Assembly: GCA_031367385.1 (NCBI GenBank)
Contig: JANLPS010000309.1
Location: 1 to 26,907 of the forward strand
DNA from: Archangium sp.
GTDB taxonomy: Bacteria; Myxococcota; Myxococcia; Myxococcales; Myxococcaceae
Direction: 5' to 3'
DNA length: 26,907 nucleotides
Shown here in pieces: positions 7,597-15,898 of the stretch. A program made the position numbers and the translations under genes. The notes under the pieces are model-generated. The model did no database searches and had not been told where the DNA came from. It was given only the letters and a program-made list of their open reading frames with translations. How positions within the stretch are numbered: position 1 is the first letter of the stretch; the number at the start of each line of letters is the position of its first letter.

Positions 7597-8739
7597 TTAG
7601 GCCGCTCCCTTTTTCTTCATCGGTTTCGCCGCCGGAGCCACTTCTTCAACCGGCGGCGCGATCGACACCGGTGCCTCTTTGGGCTCGAGGTCCCAGGTGA
7701 CTTTGAAGTCGGTCGGGTACGTTGGCCACTTCACCTCGACGCCGCGCACGCGGGCCCGGGGGTGCTCATCGGGCTCTCCTTCGGCGATCAGCGCGTGGGT
7801 GTACACGTCTTCAATGGGCGGTTCGGCCGAGGCGTCGGCGAAAGCAATCGCCTCTTCGACGATGTGTTTCTGCGCTTCGTCGAGCGCGTCGAGCTCTGCG
7901 TCGGTGGCGACCTTCTGCTTCACCAGGTGCGTTCGCAGCGTGATGATCGGGTCTTGCTGCTTGCGCGCCTCGACCTCGTCTTTGGTTCGGTAGGTCGCCG
8001 CGTCAGACATCGAGTGCCCGCGAAAGCGGTAGCAGTACGCCTCGAGCAAGATGGGCCCGCTGCCGGCCCGGAGGTCTTTGGCCAGTGACTCGACCTTGTC
8101 GTGCACGGCCAACACGTCCATCCCGTCGACGGTCTCGCCGCGCATTTTGAAGGCGCCCATGCGCTTGTGAATGTCGGGCTCGCCAGAGACGCGCGCGATG
8201 TCGGTGCCCATGCCGTACTTGTTGTTCTCGACGATGTAGAGCACGGGCAGCTTCCACTTCGAGGCCATGTTGAAGCTCTCCCAGAGGGCGCCCTGGTTGG
8301 CGGCGGCGTCTCCGAAGCTGCACACGGTGATGCGGTCTTCACCGCGGTACTTCGAGGCGAAGGCCATGCCTGCCGCGAGGGGTATCTGCCCGCCGACGAT
8401 GCCGTAGCCACCATAGAAGTGGTGCTCGACGTCGATGAGGTGCATCGACCCGCCCTTGCCCTTGCTGTAGCCGGTGTCTTTGCCGAACAGCTCGGCCATC
8501 AGCATGCCGGCGTCGGCTCCGCGCACCAGTGGGTGCACGTGATCTCGGTAGCCGGTCATCACGTAGTCATCGGGTCGAAGCGCTTCGTTCACGCCGACGA
8601 CGACCGCTTCTTGCCCGATGTACAAATGGCAGAAACCTTGAATCTTTTTCTGACCGTACGCCTGGCCGGCCTTCTCTTCGAAGCGCCGCGAGAGCGACAT
8701 TTTTCGAAACAGGGTCAGCAACAACTCTGAGCTGTGCAC
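7597..8739 (-). CDS. pdhA: Pyruvate dehydrogenase E1 alpha subunit
   Basis: GFCHLYIGQEA, YRDH, KGKGGSMH, TPP motif GDAAANQG...ENN, and YRFRGHSMSD. AGGAGA RBS precedes the GTG start. Confidence 0.96.
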   Translation of the reverse strand: MHSSELLLTLFRKMSLSRRFEEKAGQAYGQKKIQGFCHLYIGQEAVVVGVNEALRPDDYVMTGYRDHVHPLVRGADAGMLMAELFGKDTGYSKGKGGSMHLIDVEHHFYGGYGIVGGQIPLAAGMAFASKYRGEDRITVCSFGDAAANQGALWESFNMASKWKLPVLYIVENNKYGMGTDIARVSGEPDIHKRMGAFKMRGETVDGMDVLAVHDKVESLAKDLRAGSGPILLEAYCYRFRGHSMSDAATYRTKDEVEARKQQDPIITLRTHLVKQKVATDAELDALDEAQKHIVEEAIAFADASAEPPIEDVYTHALIAEGEPDEHPRARVRGVEVKWPTYPTDFKVTWDLEPKEAPVSIAPPVEEVAPAAKPMKKKGAA

Positions 8740-8763
8740 GAATTTCTCCTCGGCCCTGAGGGG

Positions 8764-10311
8764 TCAGAACCGCGCTTGTATGACTGCGTTGAACCCGAGC
8801 TGGTTTTCTTTCTCGAACGTCGGCTGGGCCACCGAGGCGGTCGAGTCTCTGAAGGTCACCCGGTTGGCATCGCGGGTGTAGAACACCTCGCCAATCGCCG
8901 CGAAGTACTCAGAGATGTCGAGCTTGAAGGTCGCCTTCACCGACACGATGGGGATCACCGTGGTGTTGGCCGGCAAGATGTTGAACAGGTTCACGTCTCG
9001 CACCACGACCGTGCGCGGCCCCTCGAGGCCGGCCGGAGGGTTGTTGCCACCGAAGTCGAAGCGCGGCGCGCTCACCGAGGCCGGCACCTGCACGCCCGCC
9101 ACCAACCCGGCCGTCAAATGCAGCGCGGGGAAAAACTTGTCAGCGCCCACCGCCAACCACACCTCGGGCGAGACCGAGCTGCCCTTGGCGAAGTCGTAGA
9201 ACGGAGGCAAGCCCGGCACGTCGAACTGAATGAACGAGAGCGAGCGAAACAGGCCGAGCGCGAAGAAGCGGTAGAAGTCGTACTTGAAGCGCGCCTGCAG
9301 GGCGACCGAGTTGGCCGGCTGCAGCTTGGTGGTCGCGAAGCGATCAGGGTCGACCAACGTTTGGGTCAGGTACGAGGTCTCGATCTCGAGCTGCATCGAC
9401 AACCCGCCGGGGTAGGTCTCGGGTCGAAAGAAGCGCGTCAGCACGTCGGGGTCGTTGCGGTAGAGCCGAATGTCGATCGACGACTGAATTTCATCGCCCT
9501 GGCTGAACGAGAGCCGCGCCGAGCCGCCCGCGGCCGTCACCGGAGCGTTGATGCCCTGCTGGGCCAACGAAGGCACGATGCCGCGGCCGAAGTAACCGCC
9601 GTTGGCCTCGAGGCGCAGCGCGCGATTGCCGCCGCGGTACAAGTCGATGCCGCCGCCGAGCAAGCCGCCATAGGTGCGCTCTTGCACGTTGAGCAGGTTG
9701 TTGAGCAACAGGCCGGTCTTGAGGCCCACGAAGGCGTACCAGCGGTCGCGGGTGATCTGCAGCTTGCCGCCGGGTACGGCAGAAGGGCGGCCGGTGAGCG
9801 AGGTGCCCGAGCCCTGGTTGAAGGTGAACGCGGAGTCGCCACCCCAGGTCACGCGCCAGTTGTAGCCCAAGCGAAACCGGTCAGACGAGACGGGGAAGCC
9901 GGTCAGCGCGATGTCTTCTTTGGGGCCCCAGCCAGCGGGCTTGTAGTTGAGCTTCACGTAGCTCGAGTTGTCGACCAGCGAGATGGCACCCGACGGCTGG
10001 GTGAGCACCAGCATGTTGAGCGCGGCCTCGGCGTCGAAGCCCTCGAAGAAGCTCGCCGATTTCTTGTAGAGCGTGAGGTTCGAGAGCGTCTCGTACCCGG
10101 TGTAGCGGGTGTTGAAGTTGTCGAAGAACTGGGTGTTCTGCCTGGCGGCGCCGAAACCGGTGCCTGGGCTGTTGGGCGTGGTCTCACCGGGCTTGACGAA
10201 GACGTTGTCGTTCGAAAACGCAAACGTGACACGGGTGTCGATGAAGTCGCCGGCAAACGCAGACGTCGCACAGCCGAGCAACAGCCCGGTCAAAAGCTTG
10301 AGCAATTTCAC
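8764..10311 (-). CDS. Putative outer-membrane beta-barrel protein of unknown function
   Basis: Signal peptide ending SAFA, many amphipathic aromatic-rich strands, and a C-terminal beta-signal-like LGFNAVIQARF ending in Phe. Strong RBS AGGAGAGG. Confidence 0.8.
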   Translation of the reverse strand: MKLLKLLTGLLLGCATSAFAGDFIDTRVTFAFSNDNVFVKPGETTPNSPGTGFGAARQNTQFFDNFNTRYTGYETLSNLTLYKKSASFFEGFDAEAALNMLVLTQPSGAISLVDNSSYVKLNYKPAGWGPKEDIALTGFPVSSDRFRLGYNWRVTWGGDSAFTFNQGSGTSLTGRPSAVPGGKLQITRDRWYAFVGLKTGLLLNNLLNVQERTYGGLLGGGIDLYRGGNRALRLEANGGYFGRGIVPSLAQQGINAPVTAAGGSARLSFSQGDEIQSSIDIRLYRNDPDVLTRFFRPETYPGGLSMQLEIETSYLTQTLVDPDRFATTKLQPANSVALQARFKYDFYRFFALGLFRSLSFIQFDVPGLPPFYDFAKGSSVSPEVWLAVGADKFFPALHLTAGLVAGVQVPASVSAPRFDFGGNNPPAGLEGPRTVVVRDVNLFNILPANTTVIPIVSVKATFKLDISEYFAAIGEVFYTRDANRVTFRDSTASVAQPTFEKENQLGFNAVIQARF

Positions 10312-10346
10312 TTGGTCCCTCTCCTACTTTTTGAAACACGAACGCC

Positions 10347-12557
10347 CTACAACGCGGTGATACAGGGCTTGATGGGTTTGGGGCACTCCAAACCGGCGCC
10401 CGGATAACAGCAGATGTCGTCAGGATCTCTTGGAATCACCATCCACCTTGGCCGCGCGGGCTGAACTTGCCGCAGGTGGCCGATGACGTCGAAGGTCGCG
10501 CCCTGCAGGTCTCGGCACTGCTGCGCTTTTTCGGCGTTCGGGTCGGTGGGTGAACAGTCGACGCTCAGCTCAGGCACCGCGTCTTTCATCAGCAGGTTGA
10601 TGCGCATGTGCGGGTTGTACGAGACGCTGCACGAGCCGCTCGCGTTGACTCGGGCGAAGGCGATCGCGCTCTGACCCGCCGCCATTCGTACGGTGAGCGG
10701 CGTCTTCGCGGGCAGCACCGGGTCGGTCGCCACCGCCACCCCCGAGTCATCACCCAACCGGTAGTGCACCGGCACGTCACAGGCCGCGGCGATCGACGCG
10801 CGGTCTTCGTAGCCCTTGGTCGTGTCGACCACCAAGCCGGTCACCTTCACCGGAGTCGCCACGCCGCCATCAGCCAGCGCGATCGGCACCGTGATGCTGC
10901 GCTTGGGCAAGCTGTCGTCCAAGTTGGCGTAGGCCGGGCCTGCGGGGGCCATCTCGACCACGAATTGGCCGAAGCCTTCGAAGGTCGAGCCCTCTGAGCA
11001 GACGCCCAAATCGGCATCGGCCCCGCGCGTGAGCACGCAGTTCTGCAGGCAGGTGCGCTCAGCCGCGTCGTTCGGCAGCTCGGGCTTGGGCACCGGGTCG
11101 AAGTCGCAGTTGCCCCACGAAGCGATGGTGGTGCCTTGCTCGCCGCGATCGGTGCGGTTGCAGAAAAAGGGCACCGTTGCGTTGCCGTTGAAGTCGCAGT
11201 TGCTGAAGCGGTCGGGCATCTTGACGCCGCGCACGCGAACCAGGGCTGACTCGAGGCTCTCCAGCTTGAGGTTCGAGGTGCTCATGCCGCACAGCACGTC
11301 GGTCACGAACGGCACCTGCGCGTCGTCGAGGCCGCAGATGCGCCCATTCAAGTCGACCGGAGGCACGAAGTTGAGCCACTTGTTCCACTGGTCAGGTGGC
11401 AAGAGGCGAACACTCTCGGCGATCGTCCACCCGGGGAAGACCATCTGCGAGGTCGAGGTGAACTCCTGCACCGAGCCCGAGACGGTGAAGAGCAGGTCGC
11501 CGACGTTGAGCCCATCGGGGTAATTGTAGTTGTAGACGAACATGTGGGCGTAGGTGCCCGGCATGTACCGCTGGCAGGTGTTGCCATTCTTGATGCAGGT
11601 GTGGCGTGAAATGCGACAGATGCCCGTGGCCTCGGTGGTCTGCTCGATGGGCGCGCTCCCGCCGTCGGGCAGGCTGGCGATGCATGGCTCCAGCGGCTCT
11701 GGCGTGCGCACCACGCTTCGCCCGGTGAGCGGGTCGATTGGCACTTCAACCAGGCGGCACGCGGTGAGGTCGGTGATGAAGAACCCCGAAGGGTCGACGC
11801 CGGTGACGACCATCAGCGACTGCACGCCGTTTCGGGCCGGGTCATCGGCGCAGTTCTGCAAGAGCCGCTCGCCCGACTCGGGGTTCTTGCCGACGGTGAC
11901 GAACTCGCCCACGAACGGAGAGCTGCGGTTGTCGGCCCCGTCGGGCAGCTGCATGCTCTGAAGCGTCTGATCTTCGAAGTAAATCGTCGGTGACAAGCCG
12001 CTGGCGAAGGTGCGCAGCGCGGGCTCGACCGGGAGGTCGTCGGGGTTGGGCAAGCCACCTGCGTCGTAGCTGAGCTCAGGCGGAGCGTCTTCGACCCACA
12101 CCCGCACTTCGCCGTACTGGTGAACGGCCTTCACCGTCGCGCTCATGGTGCCGAAGTCGAAGGTGCTCCACCGGCTTCGAACGCTCGGCGCGAGATCGCC
12201 GGGCAAGACCTTGAAGGCCACCGGGCCGCTGAAGCTGGTCAGCGGTTGACCGTTGCGGTCGAGTGACTTGGCGGTGATGTCGATTTCGACTTGCCCGCGG
12301 GGAATGACGTAGCGGCAATCGGCGGTGCCACGCAGCGCCGTGGGGGGCATGCCGCCGTCGAAGCGGGCCTTGCACGACGAGCTGACGCCCAGCGGTACCC
12401 GAATGCCGCCGCCGTCAGCGATGGGCACCCGGACGTAGACGCCTGCGGTCTCGACCGAGAACGACGAGAGGTTCGCCGGGGCGGTGATGACCGTCGGTAC
12501 CGAGCAGGCCCCAAGCGTCAGCGCACCCAGCACGAGAGCAGATGGTCGAAGTCTCAT
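10347..12557 (-). CDS. Cys-rich lipoprotein with ExeM/NucH/YhcR-like OB-fold motifs and no recognisable catalytic domain
   Basis: Lipobox LTLGAC. Motif series TLQSMQ..SSPFVGEFVTV..VVTGVDPSGFFITD..MFVY..LNVGDLL..VSGSVQEFTSTSQM..LESLESALVRV. About 24 Cys besides the lipidated one. ATGA overlap with the upstream gene. Confidence 0.75.
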   Translation of the reverse strand: MRLRPSALVLGALTLGACSVPTVITAPANLSSFSVETAGVYVRVPIADGGGIRVPLGVSSSCKARFDGGMPPTALRGTADCRYVIPRGQVEIDITAKSLDRNGQPLTSFSGPVAFKVLPGDLAPSVRSRWSTFDFGTMSATVKAVHQYGEVRVWVEDAPPELSYDAGGLPNPDDLPVEPALRTFASGLSPTIYFEDQTLQSMQLPDGADNRSSPFVGEFVTVGKNPESGERLLQNCADDPARNGVQSLMVVTGVDPSGFFITDLTACRLVEVPIDPLTGRSVVRTPEPLEPCIASLPDGGSAPIEQTTEATGICRISRHTCIKNGNTCQRYMPGTYAHMFVYNYNYPDGLNVGDLLFTVSGSVQEFTSTSQMVFPGWTIAESVRLLPPDQWNKWLNFVPPVDLNGRICGLDDAQVPFVTDVLCGMSTSNLKLESLESALVRVRGVKMPDRFSNCDFNGNATVPFFCNRTDRGEQGTTIASWGNCDFDPVPKPELPNDAAERTCLQNCVLTRGADADLGVCSEGSTFEGFGQFVVEMAPAGPAYANLDDSLPKRSITVPIALADGGVATPVKVTGLVVDTTKGYEDRASIAAACDVPVHYRLGDDSGVAVATDPVLPAKTPLTVRMAAGQSAIAFARVNASGSCSVSYNPHMRINLLMKDAVPELSVDCSPTDPNAEKAQQCRDLQGATFDVIGHLRQVQPARPRWMVIPRDPDDICCYPGAGLECPKPIKPCITAL

Positions 12558-15004
12558 TTGACTCTCCGGCTGATGCGGCCGTCTTCTTTGGCGGAGGCGA
12601 TCGGCAGCGCGATGGGGTTCTCACAGAAATTTCGCACCGGCCGGGTGACGTGCCCGCACACTTCGAGGCCAGCCAAGGCATCGCGGCAGCCGCAGCGGCC
12701 GAGCACCGGGCCCGCCGGCAACGAAGCCTGGCAACTGGCGATGCGCGCGTCGATCGCCTCGGTGTTGCCGCACTTGCCCTCGCGCCGGTACGCATCGGCG
12801 CACGAGCACCCGTCGCCGGGGTCTGCGAGCAGCTGCGTCTGAAACGAGTCGGCCTGGGCGCAAAAGCTCACCAGGTTGTCAGACACTGTGAACTTGGTGG
12901 GCGACGCGACGTCGCGGCCGCCGCAGGGCTGGTTGTTCTTACCGATGGTGTTGCCGTACTCGTCGGTCTTCTTCAGGTTGATGTCGGTGCAGCTGCAGAA
13001 GTTCTGCATGTACCCGATGAGCGAATCACGGAGGGGGATGCCGGTCTCGATGCGGGTGGTGTTGCGCTTGAGCACCAGAAAGCCCGAGCCGCCGCGCGCG
13101 ATGTAGTCATTGACCGCGATGCGGTAGCTCTCGTTCTCTTGCAGCGGCTTGCCGTTGATCGTGATGTTGGTGGCCGGGTGGGCGTAACAGCGGCCGCCCG
13201 AGGTGATGGTCGGGTCTTGCACACACTGCCAGGGGAAACGGCCTCCGCTGCGGTCGTCGTTCGGGCAGTCGGTGCCGTTGTTGGCCGGGTCGCACGAGAG
13301 CCGAATCTTGTTCAGCTGGGCTTGCGCGCAGTCCATCGTGAAGCGTGCTCCAGAGACCTGCGATTGGCTCACGCAGCCGCGGTCTGATGATTTTTCAGTC
13401 GAGAAATCGAACAGCTCCTGCATTTCGCGGCCTGAGACGAACATGATGTTGATCGTGTTCTCGAAGGGGAACACGTTGAACATCGCCTCTTGGGTGATTG
13501 GCCCGGCGTACAAGTTGTCGCGAATGCCCAGCGAGTTGGTGAGCCCGACCTCGGCCTCGACACCCTGGCGGCGGCGCATCGAGTCGGCGGTGATGTTGCC
13601 CAGTGGCGAGTCGCCACCCGCTGAATTGTTGCGGCGGGCCACGTCTTCAGGCGCGTAGGCGAAGATCGAGGTGAGCGCGAGCCGCACATCGAGGTCGGTG
13701 ATGTACGGCAGCAGCAGCTGGGTCGTCTCGCGGTCTTCTTGCTTCTGACATTCAGCCCGCGCGGCCTTGACCCGATCGTTGGCTAAGAACTGCCCGGGGT
13801 TCCAAAACTGCGACTTGTAGTAGTCGCGCATGCCCGAGTCGCACCACAGCGCATCGACGGGAAACACCTTGAAGTTGTGGCTCAGAATCTCGGCGCCCTC
13901 GGTCTTGTCGAGCGAGTCTTTCGCCGGCATCTGGAGCACCAGATCCATTCGCAGCACGTACTTGGCGAACGCTCCACCGTGCGAGAGCAACACCTTGCGA
14001 CCCTTGGGGTCGGTGAGGGCCTGGGGCGGGTTGAGCACGATGTGCAAGTGGCCGCCGAGAATCGCATCGATGCCTTCGACGCCGGGCACATGCACCCGAA
14101 CCACCGAGGCGTCATCGCCGACGGTGCCGTACCATTCGTTCACCGTCCACGCGTAGGGGTTGATGGGCTTCTTCGGGTCCTGCGCGTACTTCTTGGCGAT
14201 GCTCCACTCGTAGAAGGCCTCGTAGCCCTCGATGAGGTCTTGGTCTTCGGTCAACCCGGCGTGGCTCACGATCATCATCAGGTCGACCGAAGGCCGCAAG
14301 AACTCGACGTACGAGCGAACGATCTCGTTGGTCTCGAGGGGTATGACCTGCAGCGAGTTGCCACGCTCGACGATTGAGTTGAGCGAGCTGATGTTGCCGG
14401 TGCCGATGATGCCCACCCGCACGCCGCCGATGTTCTTGATGGTGTACGGCTGGGTGACCAACGCCGTCTGGTTGCTCTGCGGTTGGCGGTAGTCCTCCCA
14501 CTGGTAGTTCGCGACCAACACGGGGAAGCGGGCGTTGTCACGGGCCTGGCGGGTGAAGTTCGCGGCGCCTGCGTCGAACTCGTGGTTGCCCACCACCGCC
14601 GCGTCGACCTTCATCAGCGACAGAAATTTGTACTCGGCTTCACCCAGGTTCAGGTTGAAAATTGGGGCGCCTTGAAACGAGTCGCCCGAGTCGAGGTGCA
14701 GCACCCGGCCGGCCGAGGCGCGCTCGCGGCGCACCAGCGAGGCGATGCGGGTGGCTCCTCCGAAGGGCCCCATCTCGGGTATCAGGCCCAGGTCGGTGTC
14801 GGTCTTCACCGGGTTGAAGTCGTAGGGCAACAGCCGCGAGTGAATGTCTGAGGTGTGCAGCAGGGTGAAGCGCACCTCTTGACCCGACAGGTCGATCTCT
14901 TCGCCCTCGATGGTCGGCAGACACGAGACGTGAATCAACGCGACCACGGCGTACGCCAACACGCGAAAGGGCCGCAGCAGTCGGTTGAGCGTCAGCGTCA
15001 GCAT
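12554..15004 (-). CDS. 5'-nucleotidase / UDP-sugar hydrolase family metallophosphoesterase, probable lipoprotein
   Basis: Calcineurin-like motifs HTSDIHS, DSGDSFQG, GNHEFD, SHAG, GGHLH. 5'-nucleotidase C-domain motifs SPLGNITADSMR, NSLGIR, VFPFEN, YRIAVNDYIARGGSGF. The hydrophobic N-terminus ends in HVSC. The start may be GTG 15010 or ATG 15004. Confidence 0.92.
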   Translation of the reverse strand: MLTLTLNRLLRPFRVLAYAVVALIHVSCLPTIEGEEIDLSGQEVRFTLLHTSDIHSRLLPYDFNPVKTDTDLGLIPEMGPFGGATRIASLVRRERASAGRVLHLDSGDSFQGAPIFNLNLGEAEYKFLSLMKVDAAVVGNHEFDAGAANFTRQARDNARFPVLVANYQWEDYRQPQSNQTALVTQPYTIKNIGGVRVGIIGTGNISSLNSIVERGNSLQVIPLETNEIVRSYVEFLRPSVDLMMIVSHAGLTEDQDLIEGYEAFYEWSIAKKYAQDPKKPINPYAWTVNEWYGTVGDDASVVRVHVPGVEGIDAILGGHLHIVLNPPQALTDPKGRKVLLSHGGAFAKYVLRMDLVLQMPAKDSLDKTEGAEILSHNFKVFPVDALWCDSGMRDYYKSQFWNPGQFLANDRVKAARAECQKQEDRETTQLLLPYITDLDVRLALTSIFAYAPEDVARRNNSAGGDSPLGNITADSMRRRQGVEAEVGLTNSLGIRDNLYAGPITQEAMFNVFPFENTINIMFVSGREMQELFDFSTEKSSDRGCVSQSQVSGARFTMDCAQAQLNKIRLSCDPANNGTDCPNDDRSGGRFPWQCVQDPTITSGGRCYAHPATNITINGKPLQENESYRIAVNDYIARGGSGFLVLKRNTTRIETGIPLRDSLIGYMQNFCSCTDINLKKTDEYGNTIGKNNQPCGGRDVASPTKFTVSDNLVSFCAQADSFQTQLLADPGDGCSCADAYRREGKCGNTEAIDARIASCQASLPAGPVLGRCGCRDALAGLEVCGHVTRPVRNFCENPIALPIASAKEDGRISRRVK

Positions 15005-15192
15005 CGTCACGTCGAATTCACCCTTCGCTTGAATGACCTGCGTGGCGCCCTTACGCGGCCGCCGCGATTCGGTAAAGCGAGCGTTTGCGCTGACACCACG
15101 GCGTCACCCGTCGATTGTGCGGTGCGACATGAATCACCAAAGATTCGCAGGGTTCGAAAAACAGGAGTGGGGCTGGTATACGCGCTCGGGCC

Positions 15193-15897
15193 ATGCCCCA
15201 CGCCGCAGTGACTGACATCGAAATCGTCGAAGACTTTTCGGCCACCGCTCGTTGCGACGAGGGTTTTCTGCAGATTCGACGGCTTCGGGCTCGCAATCAC
15301 CGCGCCGACGGCACCGTGTCACCCATCTACCGCATCGACGTGGTTGACCGGCCCCGGCTCGACGCGGTCGCGGTGCTGGTCTACCGCTCACGACGCGACG
15401 GCGAGCTCGAGTTCTTCACCCGCGAGAACGTGCGACCCGCGGCGCACTTTCGAAGAGACAAGGTGCCGACCATACCTGACGGGCGCTCGCACCTGGTCTG
15501 CGAGGAGATCGTCGCCGGGTTGCTCGAGGCCACCGACCTGGGTCAAGCGGGCGTTCGCAGCCGCGCGGCCAATGAAGTGGCCGAGGAGGCCGGTTTTCGC
15601 GTCGCGGTCGATCGGGTCGAGCTGCTCGGGGCTCCGTTCTTCGTCGCGCCCGGCATCATCAGCGAGAAGATTTTCTTGTGCGCGGTCGACGTGACCGGAG
15701 TCACCCAGAACATGCCCGAAGGCGATGGCACTCCGCTCGAAGAGGGGGGGCGAATGCGCTGGCGCACCGCCACCGACCTGCGCAACGCCTGCCTGGTGGG
15801 AGACATTCAAGACGCCAAGACCGAGCTCGCCTTGAACCGCTTCTTGGCCGAGCGTGATGACGTCTCACGGACCTTCGACGACACGACGACCAGCTAG
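15193..15897 (+). CDS. Nudix hydrolase (ADP-ribose pyrophosphatase-like)
   Basis: Variant Nudix box AGLLEATD...RAANEVAEEAGF, plus DAVAVL, FFVAPGIISEKIFL and IQDAKT, which are typical of the ADPRase subfamily. Confidence 0.85.
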   Translation: MPHAAVTDIEIVEDFSATARCDEGFLQIRRLRARNHRADGTVSPIYRIDVVDRPRLDAVAVLVYRSRRDGELEFFTRENVRPAAHFRRDKVPTIPDGRSHLVCEEIVAGLLEATDLGQAGVRSRAANEVAEEAGFRVAVDRVELLGAPFFVAPGIISEKIFLCAVDVTGVTQNMPEGDGTPLEEGGRMRWRTATDLRNACLVGDIQDAKTELALNRFLAERDDVSRTFDDTTTS

Positions 15898-15898
15898 C

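Noticed and set aside
999..8739. Idea that the Ser/Thr kinase regulates PdhA at the HSMSD loop
   Set aside because: Only proximity supports it. The genes are convergent, the loop is a conserved catalytic element, and eukaryotic PDH kinases belong to a different family.
8734..10407. 557-aa plus-strand ORF antisense to the beta-barrel gene
   Set aside because: Codon-register mirror of the real gene with no motifs. The minus-strand ORF has the RBS, signal peptide and terminal Phe.
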